Source: an uncultured Pseudomonadota bacterium (GTDB lineage Bacteria; Vulcanimicrobiota; Vulcanimicrobiia; Eremiobacterales; Eremiobacteraceae). From it: a DNA stretch of 64,000 bases. The translations under genes were made by a program, and so were the position numbers. How positions within the stretch are numbered: the stretch's first letter is position 1; each line of letters begins with the position of its first letter. The DNA is taken from positions 96,001 through 160,000 of the forward strand of contig CAVTNB010000002.1 of the NCBI GenBank assembly GCA_963736005.1. The letters are read 5' to 3'. The notes beneath the pieces were generated by a model that searched no databases, had not been told where the DNA came from, and worked only from the letters and a program-made list of their open reading frames with translations. Positions 52,206 through 61,878 of this stretch are shown here, piece by piece.

Positions 52206-52892
52206 ATGCAAATTGATGTCGTCACGCTCTTTCCACAATTCTTCGAGTCAATCGTCAACGGAAGCATTCTTGGCCGCGCACAGGCAAAAGGCTTGGTGCG
52301 CATCGTGCTCCACGACCTCTGGAAGTTCGTGCCTCCGGGCGAGCGCGCCGACGACGCGCCCTATGGGGGCGGCCCTGGCATGATCATGCGCTTGGGGCCG
52401 CTGATCTCGTGTATGGAGGCATTGCTCGGCCCCGATCTGCATGTGCCCGATGGGTGCGTTGTCGTCGTTCCCTCGCCAGCGGGCGATCCTTTCAATCACA
52501 CAGAGGCCGCCAAGCTAGCGGGCCACGCAAGGATAATTTTCGTTTGCGGTCACTACGAGGGCATTGACGAGCGCTTCTTCGAGTTTGTGAAAGCGCAGGA
52601 GCTATCGCTTGGCGATTTCGTCCTGACTGGCGGTGAAATCGCAGCTCTGGCGTTCGTCGACGCCACCGTGCGCCTGCTGCCGGGAGCGATCAACGCGCAG
52701 AGCGCCGAGGCAGAGTCGTTCGCTTCGGGGGCTTTGGACTGGCCCCACTTCACGCGGCCGGCTGTCTTTCGAGGCTCGTCTGTCCCGGAAGTGCTGCTCT
52801 CTGGGGACCACGAGCGCATCGCGGCTTGGCGTACAGAGCGGGCCCGTGCTCGAACCCTAAAACGAAGACCCGACCTTCTCTCCGAACGCTGA
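52206..52892 (+). CDS. trmD: tRNA (guanine-N1)-methyltransferase
   Basis: VTLFP, DDAPYGGGPGM, CGHYEGIDER, SLGDFVLTGGE, LLSGDH. Confidence 0.97.
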   Translation: MQIDVVTLFPQFFESIVNGSILGRAQAKGLVRIVLHDLWKFVPPGERADDAPYGGGPGMIMRLGPLISCMEALLGPDLHVPDGCVVVVPSPAGDPFNHTEAAKLAGHARIIFVCGHYEGIDERFFEFVKAQELSLGDFVLTGGEIAALAFVDATVRLLPGAINAQSAEAESFASGALDWPHFTRPAVFRGSSVPEVLLSGDHERIAAWRTERARARTLKRRPDLLSER

Positions 52893-52913
52893 CGAAACCG
52901 TCATTCCATGGGG

Positions 52914-53010
52914 TTGAAGGGCTGCTTTCGGACGTGTTATACTCGAATTCGTCCTTATCGTTCGAACGCTGGTCGCGGCGTCGGCTCCGAAGCAGGAGCG
53001 GCGCCTTTTT
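52914..53010 (+). promoter_or_regulatory. Sigma70-like promoter and terminator-like leader hairpin upstream of rplS
   Basis: TTGAAG-18 nt-TATACT with TG extension; GGCGTC-G-GCTCC/GGAGC-GGCGCC stem then TTTTT. Confidence 0.55.
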
Positions 53011-53024
53011 AGCGGCCTCATATG

Positions 53025-53080
53025 GTAGCGGGCGACTGTCAAGTCGCCCCACACGTAGCGGGCGACTGTCAAGTCGCCCC
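53025..53080 (+). repeat. Two tandem GTAG-REP family C copies (30-bp period)
   Basis: GTAGCGGGCGACTGTCAAGTCGCCCC x2. Confidence 0.88.
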
Positions 53081-53097
53081 ATGAAGGTGAACCACAA

Positions 53098-53443
53098 ATG
53101 GATGTCACGCGATTACTTGGCGACGCCCAGAAGAAAAAGAAGGTCGCCGAATTCGGCGCCGGAGACACGATCAAAGTTCACTCCCGCGTTACCGAAGGCA
53201 ACAAGGAGCGCATTCAGGTTTTTGAAGGCATCGTGACGGAGCGCAAGAGCGGCGGCGCTCGCCGAGACCTTCACGGTCAGACGCATCGCCCATGGCGTCG
53301 GTGTTGAGCGCTCGTTTCTCATCCACTCGCCGCGCGTCGAAAAAATCGACGTGCTGCGTCGCGGTCTCGTGCGCCGGGCCAAACTCTACTACTTGCAGGA
53401 TCGAGTCGGCAGCAAAGCCACCCGCATCAAAGAAAAAAAGTAG
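53098..53443 (+). CDS. rplS: 50S ribosomal protein L19 (apparent frameshift near 53255-53260)
   Basis: [20 protein letters not shown] then [14 protein letters not shown]...HSP...VRRAKLYYL in next frame. Confidence 0.93.
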
Positions 53444-53453
53444 TGCTCCTCGG

Positions 53454-54146
53454 ATGAGTCCGGTCGTCCTCGGCGCCATTCTCGGCATCTTGGCGGTGGC
53501 GCGCGTCATTTTGTGGATTGCGCCGGTCACCGTGCCCGACGAAAAGCAGCGCAGCATCGTTCGAGAGTATCTCGACGCGTTCATCATCGCTGGCGTTGTC
53601 GCGCTTGTGTTGATGCACTTTGTCGTGCGCACGTTTTGGATCCCCTCAGGTTCGATGTTGCCCACGCTGCAGATTCACGATGTGCTGCTCGCGAACGAAA
53701 TTCAGTACCGCTTCGAAAATCCAAAAGACGAGCAGATCGCGGTGTTCGAACCGCCTCCCGAGCTCGGTACGACGGATTTCATCAAACGCGTCATGGCGGC
53801 GCCCGGTGATACGCTACGCATTCACAACGGGGTCGTATATCGCAATGGGAAGGCGGTTGTCGAGCCTTATCTGCCCGCCGGACAGCGCCCAGACTACGAG
53901 CTTGAGATCAAAGATTATCAGATTGTCGTCGACGGCGTGCCGCTCGACTCGTCGCGCGCGATTGTTCCTCCCCGCTCGCAGTGGCAAGCACCAGACAAAG
54001 TGCCGAAGGGCTACTATCTCATGCTCGGCGACAACCGTAACGATTCAGATGACGGCCATCTGTGGGGATTCTTGCCGCGCACTCATTTTGTGGGGCACGC
54101 GTTTTTCGTTTTTTGGCCGCTGACGCACATGAAGGTGCTGCACTAG
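53454..54146 (+). CDS. lepB: Signal peptidase I (paralog 1)
   Basis: IPSGSMLPTL, FIKRV, GDNRNDSDD. Confidence 0.92.
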   Translation: MSPVVLGAILGILAVARVILWIAPVTVPDEKQRSIVREYLDAFIIAGVVALVLMHFVVRTFWIPSGSMLPTLQIHDVLLANEIQYRFENPKDEQIAVFEPPPELGTTDFIKRVMAAPGDTLRIHNGVVYRNGKAVVEPYLPAGQRPDYELEIKDYQIVVDGVPLDSSRAIVPPRSQWQAPDKVPKGYYLMLGDNRNDSDDGHLWGFLPRTHFVGHAFFVFWPLTHMKVLH

Positions 54147-54147
54147 C

Positions 54148-54637
54148 TCACAAAGTGGGGATCGCTCGCTTATCTCTCTTGCTAAACCGTTCTAAGAACC
54201 GCGCTTGCTCTTTGTGTTCTCCGTCGGGATCGAAGCCAAACCTCACTTGCTCAGCGATCGCACTATCTAGCGGCCAACCTTGAGCAATTCTCACGAGCGC
54301 ACAAAACGTTGATGTTCTGCCCTCACCCGCGTTACAATGCACAAAGATCGGACGCATCGCACGCAAGCGAACAAATTTGTAACCACTGAAGCGCCTGTTC
54401 ATCGCCGGGTGCTTGATTATTCTTGACCGGGATGTGGATAGGCTCCAAATCATCTGACGAATTCCTAACGGCTTGTCGACATCGTGCGATCGTAGGTTTA
54501 CTACTGTTTTGAACTGATTGTTCGCTAAGCCACGTATAGCCATCAAGCGTGGGTTCGGCGCCTCGCGCCAACCACGGTTCAATCCAGGCGAAATTGTTGA
54601 TCTCTTTTGAAGTTGGAATCTGTAGATCCGCACGCAT
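54148..54637 (-). CDS. Protein-tyrosine/dual-specificity phosphatase-like protein, multiply frameshifted (pseudogene or sequencing errors)
   Basis: NFAWIE..LARGAEP, VVNLR, HIPV and HCNAGEGRT (CX5R) distributed across two frames. Confidence 0.7.
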
Positions 54638-54888
54638 GGCATTTCCCTCGGCGGCCTTATCATACAACTCTCAATGCTTGAAAGCGATACCAGATTGACA
54701 GATGGGATACTACTGGAATGAGCTTCTATCGCCGTTCGACGGTGATCGTAAGGCACATAATTGAACGTTGAACCCAAGCTCGGATCGCGGCTTCAGTGGC
54801 CTTTATTTTCCACGTGCTCCATAGGGGACCAATTTGTGCCGCGTTGAAAGCCCGTCGCCTCAGCACCCCACTTTCTGGAGATCCCATA

Positions 54889-55695
54889 ATGTTTTTCTCC
54901 TCACAGCGCTTCGTCTCGCATTCACCCCAATTGAGACGCCAACTTGCGGTCGGCGCGAACCCGCTGAGCGACGATCGACGGCTACCTTTGGGAAGGAAGA
55001 CGTTCCTATCGAGGACACTGCTGGGCGCTGCTCTCGCGCTCGCAGGATGTAAGAAACCCGACCACAACGTTGCCACAACCCTAACGCCTGAGTTCTATGA
55101 AGTTTTGAGTCCAAAAGATTACGACTTCGACGGCATGATGGCGAAGCTTCGGATTCCCAAGCCCCACAAGCAAGTTTTCTCTGCGAGTGCGATCATTGTG
55201 CAACCCGGAGCAAACTATGCTGCGCTCTTTGCGCACATGCAGTTTGCGATGAACGGCTACGACTTCTCCCTTGGGCATAGCAGCGCCAAGCTGGCGACGC
55301 TGGGGGTTGTCGCCGGTTCATCGGTCATCTTGGGTCTCAATGACGCGATGTGGCAAAAATACCAGATTGGAAAACGATTCAATGTGGCCGCGACCAATGT
55401 GTATTACCGTGCGAAGTTCAGTCTCGATCCGAACGTTTCTCCTAACGATCCCACTGGCTTGTATCAGGATTGGAGCGCGCAAGCCGTTTTGCGGCGTGGG
55501 GGTTCGTTCATGCTCTGCCACAACGCGCTGGCCAAGTTAGCGCATAGCTGCGCGGCTGCAACCGGGACAACTTCGGAAAGCGTGCTTGCCGAGATGATCC
55601 ACAATTTGCAGCCTGGCTTCATGCTGGTACCGGCTGGTGTGACGGCCGTCCAGCTCGCTCAAGAGCATGGCTGGAAAGTTTACACGGTTGCATAA
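54889..55695 (+). CDS. Tat-type lipoprotein with DsrE-like C-terminal domain (start uncertain)
   Basis: RKTFL..LLGAALALAGC signal/lipobox; GGSFMLCHNAL...LVPAGV..VQLAQE.G. Confidence 0.65.
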   Translation: MFFSSQRFVSHSPQLRRQLAVGANPLSDDRRLPLGRKTFLSRTLLGAALALAGCKKPDHNVATTLTPEFYEVLSPKDYDFDGMMAKLRIPKPHKQVFSASAIIVQPGANYAALFAHMQFAMNGYDFSLGHSSAKLATLGVVAGSSVILGLNDAMWQKYQIGKRFNVAATNVYYRAKFSLDPNVSPNDPTGLYQDWSAQAVLRRGGSFMLCHNALAKLAHSCAAATGTTSESVLAEMIHNLQPGFMLVPAGVTAVQLAQEHGWKVYTVA

Positions 55696-56009
55696 GACGC
55701 GAAAGATACGCCGCCATGAATTGTTGATTTTTGTCGTGATTATATTCGTGCTTCTAAGCGGCCTCAATTACGCTATCTACAATCATCGGTTGAACGCGAT
55801 CGATGTTCAGGCAGCGGCAGTTTATTATGGACACGGCGTCAACGAACCACTCTCGGCTCTCGAAAGCATCGATATAGGTCAGAGGCTCACGATCAAAAAG
55901 CATAAGTACTTCGTCAGCCGCGAAGTGATCTTTAGCTGTGCTTTGTTGTGTCGGTGAGATCGGGCTCTATGCTTTTCAACGCGGGTCAGTAAGATCGCGA
56001 GAAACGGCG

Positions 56010-56208
56010 ACTAGACCTAGAGCGGCTTTTTCGACCGCCTGATCTTCCCGACCCCGCACCTTCTTCCGCGAGCTTAGCGATCTCGTGTTCGCTCAGATGC
56101 TCGCGTAGCGCTGACATGAGCTTTTCGTAGTCACTGCTCGGTGAACTCACGCTTCATTCGAATGTACCTGTATTGCAGGCTGACGCAACCCATGAGCCGC
56201 GTTGCGTT
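56010..56208 (-). pseudogene. Decayed C-terminal fragment of an ATPase/TPR regulator
   Basis: ATRLMG...REFTEQ*, then YEKLMSALREHLSEHEIAKLAEEGA and EDQAVEKA in shifted frames. Confidence 0.5.
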
Positions 56209-56233
56209 GTGAAAAACTGCAGCCCTAAGAGAG

Positions 56234-57199
56234 CTATGGCACCACAGTCAACTGGACAGGACCGAGAAGACCCGGGAAAGACCCAGAGGGGATTATCTGA
56301 TTGCCGCCCTGATCGTACACAGTGATAGTGCTATCGGCATTAGCCACGTAGAGGTAATCGTTGTCCGGGTTGAAAGCAATACCCAAGGGAGCGAAGTTGT
56401 TCGGGAAATTGCCTGGTGGATGGATCTGGTTACCATTTTGATCGTACACATTAATGTGGTGCGCCGTCGCATACGAGATGAGATATAGCTGCCCATTGGC
56501 AGGATCGAATGTTATGGCGAAAGGGGAATCGACATTTGGGAAACTGCCTGATGGATGGATTTGATTGCCGTCTTGATCATAGACCGTGACGCTATCGCAA
56601 CGGTTATTGGTCACGTAGAGCAGACCATTGAGCGAGTCAAAGACTATGCCGACGGGATCCGAGGCGTGTGGGAAAGTCCCCGAGGTATGGATCTGGTTGC
56701 CATCTTGATCGTAGACGGTGATGGTACTGCTATCAAAGTTGGCAACGTACAGATCGGCATTGACCGGATCAAATGCTATTCCGTAAGGGTGTGATAAGTT
56801 TGGGAATCCTCCCGACGTGGTAATTTGATTGCCGTTTTGATCATACTCGACAACGAAGTCGGTGGTGGCGCCGAGTTCGGTCGTATATAGGTGACCATTG
56901 ACCGAATCGAAGGCTATGCCGAGAGGTGATCCTTGAAGAGGGAAGCCGCCGGGTGTAGAGAGCTGATTGCCATTCTGATCATACACGGTTATAGTGCCGC
57001 TGAGGCCCGTGGGGAGGGTGAAGGCATTAGGAACGTAGATTTTGGGTGTCGATGGGGTGCCACCTGAGTTTGATTTACCGGGCTGTTTATTTAAGTTAAG
57101 CCCTGGTAGATCGCTACCACCGCCGCTGCAACCTGCGAGCACTACGGCACCAAGTAATACCGCAACCCATAGTAGCCTGGCTTGGTTCAAAGAAAGCAT
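56234..57199 (-). CDS. Lipoprotein with six ~42-aa NHL/YVTN-like beta-propeller repeats
   Basis: Lipobox LAGC; six YDQ(N/D/G)GNQ...FP...P.GI.FD..N..LYV repeats. Confidence 0.85.
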   Translation of the reverse strand: MLSLNQARLLWVAVLLGAVVLAGCSGGGSDLPGLNLNKQPGKSNSGGTPSTPKIYVPNAFTLPTGLSGTITVYDQNGNQLSTPGGFPLQGSPLGIAFDSVNGHLYTTELGATTDFVVEYDQNGNQITTSGGFPNLSHPYGIAFDPVNADLYVANFDSSTITVYDQDGNQIHTSGTFPHASDPVGIVFDSLNGLLYVTNNRCDSVTVYDQDGNQIHPSGSFPNVDSPFAITFDPANGQLYLISYATAHHINVYDQNGNQIHPPGNFPNNFAPLGIAFNPDNDYLYVANADSTITVYDQGGNQIIPSGSFPGLLGPVQLTVVP

Positions 57200-57515
57200 T
57201 GCAATGGGTCCGCTTGGATGCAAGAGTAGAGCCGCGGAGCAAAACAAATTCCGAAAGACGGCGCGGAGAGCACCTCCTCAACGGAGCGCACGCAATCCTG
57301 CCCGGCTAAGTGCTTGTAGTATAGCCCGTGCTTTTTCCGCAGAACAGTGGCCTATTACCCAAGACGACCTCGGTGGGTCTTGAGAGAGAGTAACCAAGCG
57401 GTGACTCAATTTGGAACCTTCCGAACCGTGGAAGATGAACGTTCCTGGCAAACGGCAAGCTAAGTCAAATGACTGGATGAGAAATTGATAAAGTAAAATC
57501 TCAAGAATTTGGATT

Positions 57516-57908
57516 TTGCGAACGCGAGCCGATACTCTTACAGTTTATGATGAAAATGGAAACCTCCAAACAACCTCGGGCAGCTTCCCGAACCTGTCTG
57601 CACCACTTGGTATAACCTTCGATCCGCACAACCACTTCCTTTACGTTGCCAACGTCGGCAAAGGGGGAATTTTTCCGAATCTTTTAGGACCGCGCGGTAT
57701 CGCTTTCGATTCGAACAATCGCCAGCTTTACGTCACCAGTGTCATCGGTGTTAACAGCGGTACCGTTAGGGTTTTGTACGAGCACGGCGATCCAATCCTA
57801 ACGTCTGGGGCCTTTGCCAACCTATGTTCGCCCATAGGAATCGCGTTCGATGCTAACAACAGAAATCTCTACGTTGCGGATTTTGATAGAAACACTGTGC
57901 TGGTTTAA
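57516..57908 (+). pseudogene. Truncated, internally deleted paralog of the propeller repeats in inverted orientation
   Basis: TVYDENGN...SFPNLSAPLGITFD..; second repeat lacks its first strands; no signal peptide; stop mid-repeat. Confidence 0.65.
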
Positions 57909-57957
57909 AGCGCCTTGTGTTATATCCCCAGATTGATTGATCTGGGTAGTAAAATCC

Positions 57958-57975
57958 AAAGGTCCGCTGCTACAT
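57958..57975 (-). repeat. Half REP family B
   Basis: AAAGGTCCGCTGCTACAT only; the other arm AGCGGACCT is absent. Confidence 0.7.
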
Positions 57976-57989
57976 AGCTTGGAAGACCA

Positions 57990-58619
57990 TTGTCCGTGCT
58001 GCACCCGCTCGACAAAGCCCTCGAAGCACGGAGCCCAGCCTTAAGCGATGCGCAATTCGATGCTCTCCAGCAGAGCGTTCGATTTCGATGCCTCATTCGT
58101 CGGACAGTAGAGCTCACGCTCGAAGCGCTGGTCTTCATTGCGCTCGCCTCGGTGTTGTTTTTACGCATTCCCCAAGTCGAAGGGCGCTCGATGCTGCCCA
58201 CGATCGAAGACGGCAACCACGTCCTCATCAATACCCTGGCGTACGGACTACGGCTCGGACCACTGACCCTCGACGCCAGAGCGCCGGAACGCGGCGATAT
58301 CGTCGCCTTCGTGCGCGGCGAAGGTGACGATCGCAAGGTTTTTCTCAAACGGGTCATTGGGCTCCCTGGAGAGCGAATAGCGTTCAACAACGGACGCGTG
58401 CTGATCAACGGCGTGCTACTGGCAGAACCGTATCGTGTGTTGGTGGACCGTGCAACCATGCAGCCGGTCGTCGTTCCGAGCAGCTCAGTTTTCGTCTTAG
58501 GCGACAATCGCTCGGAGTCGGATGATTCGCGAACCTTTGGCTCTGTTTCATTGTCAACTCTCATCGGCAAAGCGCGCTTCATCATTTGGCCGATTGGCCA
58601 TGTCAAAGAAATCCGGTAA
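57990..58619 (+). CDS. lepB: Signal peptidase I (paralog 2)
   Basis: VEGRSMLPT, FLKRVIGLPG, GDNRSESDDSR.FG. Confidence 0.9.
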   Translation: MSVLHPLDKALEARSPALSDAQFDALQQSVRFRCLIRRTVELTLEALVFIALASVLFLRIPQVEGRSMLPTIEDGNHVLINTLAYGLRLGPLTLDARAPERGDIVAFVRGEGDDRKVFLKRVIGLPGERIAFNNGRVLINGVLLAEPYRVLVDRATMQPVVVPSSSVFVLGDNRSESDDSRTFGSVSLSTLIGKARFIIWPIGHVKEIR

Positions 58620-59442
58620 TGTTGAGTCGCGAGTTCCTTCGCGACAAAGCGACAAAGCGGCAGCCTCGTGGTTCCCTGGTCATATGGCCGCCGGCTTGCG
58701 CGCGGTTCTCAGCATTGCGGATCTCATCGACGTGGTGATCGAGGTGCGCGACGCAAGATTGCCGCGCTCGACGGCGGTTGCTTCGCTGCACGCGAGGCTC
58801 AAGTCCAAACCAATGCTCGTCTTGCTGAATCGCCACGACCTCGCCGACCCCGCGGGCACAGCGGCCTGGCTCGCGGATCTGGGCAAATCGGGCATTTGGG
58901 CCTGCGCTGGAATGGGAACCCGTGCGGCGAGCCTTCGCCCACTTCGATCCGCCCTGCTCGACTTTCGCGGGCGCCGCGCCCGAGTTCGGGCAGCCGTCAT
59001 CGGAGCCCCTAATACGGGCAAATCGTCTGTCATCAACGCGCTCGTCCATCGCAAGCGCACCGTCGTGCAGAACAAGGCGGGCGTCACGCGCCACGTCCGC
59101 TGGATTGCTCTGAACGAGCGGACGGATCTGCTTGACACCCCAGGCGTTCTCGAGCCCAAGATTGCGAACCAGACGAAGGCTTGGCAATTCGCCTTGTGCG
59201 GCATCCTTCCCGAAAGCGCGTTCGATCCTGAAGAAGTCGCCGAGCAATTCCATTTGTGGCTCGCGCGTCACCATCCAGACCGCGCCGGAATCGCAGACCT
59301 AGAATCTTTCGCCAGGCAGCGCGGAATGCTCAGACGTGGTGGAGAATTGGACCGCCGCAACGCGGCCCGGGCATTTCTCAAAGAATTCCGTGCGGGTGCT
59401 CTGGGCCGCATCACTTTCGAACGTCCTGGGGATGCAATGTGA
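58600..59442 (+). CDS. rbgA: Ribosome biogenesis GTPase RbgA/YlqF
   Basis: WFPGHM, EVRDAR.P, GAPNTGKSS, GVTR, DTPG. Confidence 0.93.
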   Translation: MSKKSGNVESRVPSRQSDKAAASWFPGHMAAGLRAVLSIADLIDVVIEVRDARLPRSTAVASLHARLKSKPMLVLLNRHDLADPAGTAAWLADLGKSGIWACAGMGTRAASLRPLRSALLDFRGRRARVRAAVIGAPNTGKSSVINALVHRKRTVVQNKAGVTRHVRWIALNERTDLLDTPGVLEPKIANQTKAWQFALCGILPESAFDPEEVAEQFHLWLARHHPDRAGIADLESFARQRGMLRRGGELDRRNAARAFLKEFRAGALGRITFERPGDAM

Positions 59443-60098
59443 AACCCAAGGAGCGACGCCGGCTCTACCGCCTCCATTCGTACGAGCGCGAAGCGTGGAA
59501 CAATGGAGCTCGCTTCGTGTGCGGGGTTGACGAGGTCGGACGCGGACCGCTTGCCGGGCCAGTCGTCGCCTGTGCGGTCGTCATCGATCAGCCCCTGTAT
59601 CTCGAGTTTCTCAACGACAGCAAAGTCGTACCCGCGCCGAGACGGGCAGAACTCAGTGAAGCCATCCGCGCGCAGGTCGTAGCCTTTTCGCTCGGCTGGG
59701 CCAATCCGGATGAAATCGACCGCATCAACATCTTGGCTGCATCCAAGGTGGCGATGAGCCGCGCGCTTGCAGGCTTGACGGTTGCCCCCTGTCGCGTGTT
59801 AGTAGACGCCGTGAACATCCCACAGTGCGCGTACCCGCAGGACCCCATCATTGACGGCGACGCGAAATCGGCAGCGATCGCCGCGGCCAGCATCATCGCA
59901 AAAGTGTTCCGCGATCGCTGGATGGATCAATACGATGCAACGTATCCGGACTATGGCTTCGCATCGCACAAAGGCTACGCGACGGCCGAGCACCTTTTGG
60001 CACTGGCCAAGCTCGGTCCAAGTCCCATCCACCGCCGGACCTACGCACCGGTTCTTTCGCCCACGTTTGACTTTCTGCTCGACAGCGCGGCGCTGTAA
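59439..60098 (+). CDS. rnhB: Ribonuclease HII
   Basis: GVDEVGRGPLAGPV, NDSK, AASIIAKV.RD, HKGY. Confidence 0.95.
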   Translation: MKPKERRRLYRLHSYEREAWNNGARFVCGVDEVGRGPLAGPVVACAVVIDQPLYLEFLNDSKVVPAPRRAELSEAIRAQVVAFSLGWANPDEIDRINILAASKVAMSRALAGLTVAPCRVLVDAVNIPQCAYPQDPIIDGDAKSAAIAAASIIAKVFRDRWMDQYDATYPDYGFASHKGYATAEHLLALAKLGPSPIHRRTYAPVLSPTFDFLLDSAAL

Positions 60099-60475
60099 TG
60101 CGCCGCCCCCTGGGGCGGTCGTCCTCGCGACTGGGGAACGAGGGCGAGCGCGCGACCGCGGACTACCTTTCCGCCCGCGGCTATCACATTCTCGAACGCA
60201 ATTTTCACTGCCGTGGCGGTGAGATCGATCTCGTCGCGCTCGATGGTGGCACCCTCGTTTTTGTCGAGGTCAAGCTGCGGCGCTCGCTGGCGCGAGGGGC
60301 ACCGATCGAAGCCGTGACCCCGCTCAAACAGATGCGGGTGCGCAAAGCGGCGCAAGTGTACCTCGCGTACAGCGGTCGGGTGTTCCAACGTATCCGTTTT
60401 GACGTGGTGTCCGTCATGAAGTCGGGCAAAAATACCGATATTATACATTTCAAGGCTGCTTTTGCGTCAGGCTGA
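60098..60475 (+). CDS. YraN family endonuclease
   Basis: GNEGE..A..YL, GEIDLV, VFVEVK.R, RFDV. Confidence 0.92.
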   Translation: MRRPLGRSSSRLGNEGERATADYLSARGYHILERNFHCRGGEIDLVALDGGTLVFVEVKLRRSLARGAPIEAVTPLKQMRVRKAAQVYLAYSGRVFQRIRFDVVSVMKSGKNTDIIHFKAAFASG

Positions 60476-61822
60476 TGAACATCGATTTTGGACCAGATTC
60501 CGTGCTCGCCAACCGCTACCGCATCGTGGAGAAGATCGGTAAGGGCGGTATGGCCGAGGTGTTTCGCGGCGTCGATCATGTGCTCGAGCGCGAAGTAGCG
60601 GTGAAAGTACTCACCGAGCGTTCGGACGACGTGTGCCGCCGTTTTCTCTTGGAAGCCCAATCCATGGCGCGACTGAATCATCCCAACATCGTTGCAGTCT
60701 ACGACGTTGGGGTCGATCGGAATCTTTCCTACATCATTTTGGAGTTCGTACGCGGCAGCACGATGCGCGATATCGACCGAAAGAAGATTTCTTTCGACGC
60801 TTCGCTCACCCTCACAATCCAGCTCCTCGAAGCACTTCAGTACGCTCACGGCCAAGGCATCATTCACCGCGACATCAAGCCCGGCAACCTCATGATCGGC
60901 GATGATAAAACGCTCAAGGTGATGGACTTCGGGCTTGCGCGGCGCATGAGCGACATGTCCAACTTAACCCAAAGCGGTGAAATCGTTGGAACCATAGCGT
61001 ACTTGCCGCCAGAACGATTTTTGGGGAAGTCCGGCGATAAATCGAGCGATCTCTATTCGGTTGGCGTCCTGATGTACGAATTGCTTTGCGGCACGCTGCC
61101 CTTTCCGCACGAATCCGGAGACCTCGTCGCTGTGATGTACGCCCACGTCAACGATCGGCCACGACCTCCGCGATTGCTCAATCCGCTCATTCCGCCCGCA
61201 TTGGACCGCATCATCATGCGTCTGCTCGAAAAGGAGCCTGCGCGGCGCTATGGGGATGCAGCTTCGCTCATTGCCGATCTGCGAGCAGTCCAAAGCTCGT
61301 TGATCCGCCAGGCTGCCAAAGCGCTCAAAGATTCCCCTGCGGCCGAGCCGAGAGGAACCGCAAGCGACGGCCGTAACGGCAGACACCCCGATTGCCGTCA
61401 GCGATTCCAAGAAAACAAAAGAAGAGCGCGCTGCATCTGTCGACCCCTCAACCGGCGGGTATCTCAAGAGCGACTTGGTGACGAGCAAGACGTTCACGAG
61501 CGCACTCAGTCGCGTCATGCAAGGCATGATGAGCGCCCGCAAGCAGCAATGGCGCGAAGCCGAAGATCACTATGCTGCCGCAGTGGGCATGTTGACGCCG
61601 CTTCGCCATCCCTCCGAGCTGGCGCGCACCTACGCCCGCCTGGGCGGCATGTACTGCGCGAAGATGAAGGCGACCGGGGTCGTATTGCCAAGCGAAGTCA
61701 CCGCAGCCCGCGAGTACCTCACCAAAGCTCTGCCCGTCTTGCGTGAAAAACATCTCACCAACGACGTCAAAGAGGCTGAAGCGAATCTCAAGTCTTTGGA
61801 ATCCCTGCGGACGTCAGCGTAG
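60475..61822 (+). CDS. Hanks-type Ser/Thr protein kinase with C-terminal TPR-like helices (apparent frameshift near 61355)
   Basis: IGKGGMAEV, VAVK, HRDIKP.N, DFGLA, GT..YLPPE; helical tail continues in frame 61475..61822. Confidence 0.88.
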
Positions 61823-61878
61823 CTGACGGTGGTGGGCCAAAGCGCGCTGTCGGGTCGGCGTCTCCAGATTCTCACTGC

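Noticed and set aside
53025..53080. Mini-CRISPR or tRNA fragment
   Set aside because: Two 30-bp tandem units with a 4-nt linker and GTAG foot; fits REP, no cloverleaf.
53240..53270. Programmed frameshift in rplS (also gcvT, gcvPA)
   Set aside because: No slippery heptamer at the breaks; several unrelated genes are affected, so sequencing error is simpler.
55667..55957. Small membrane protein ORF
   Set aside because: Overlaps the upstream gene end, has no clear start or family motif; possibly debris.
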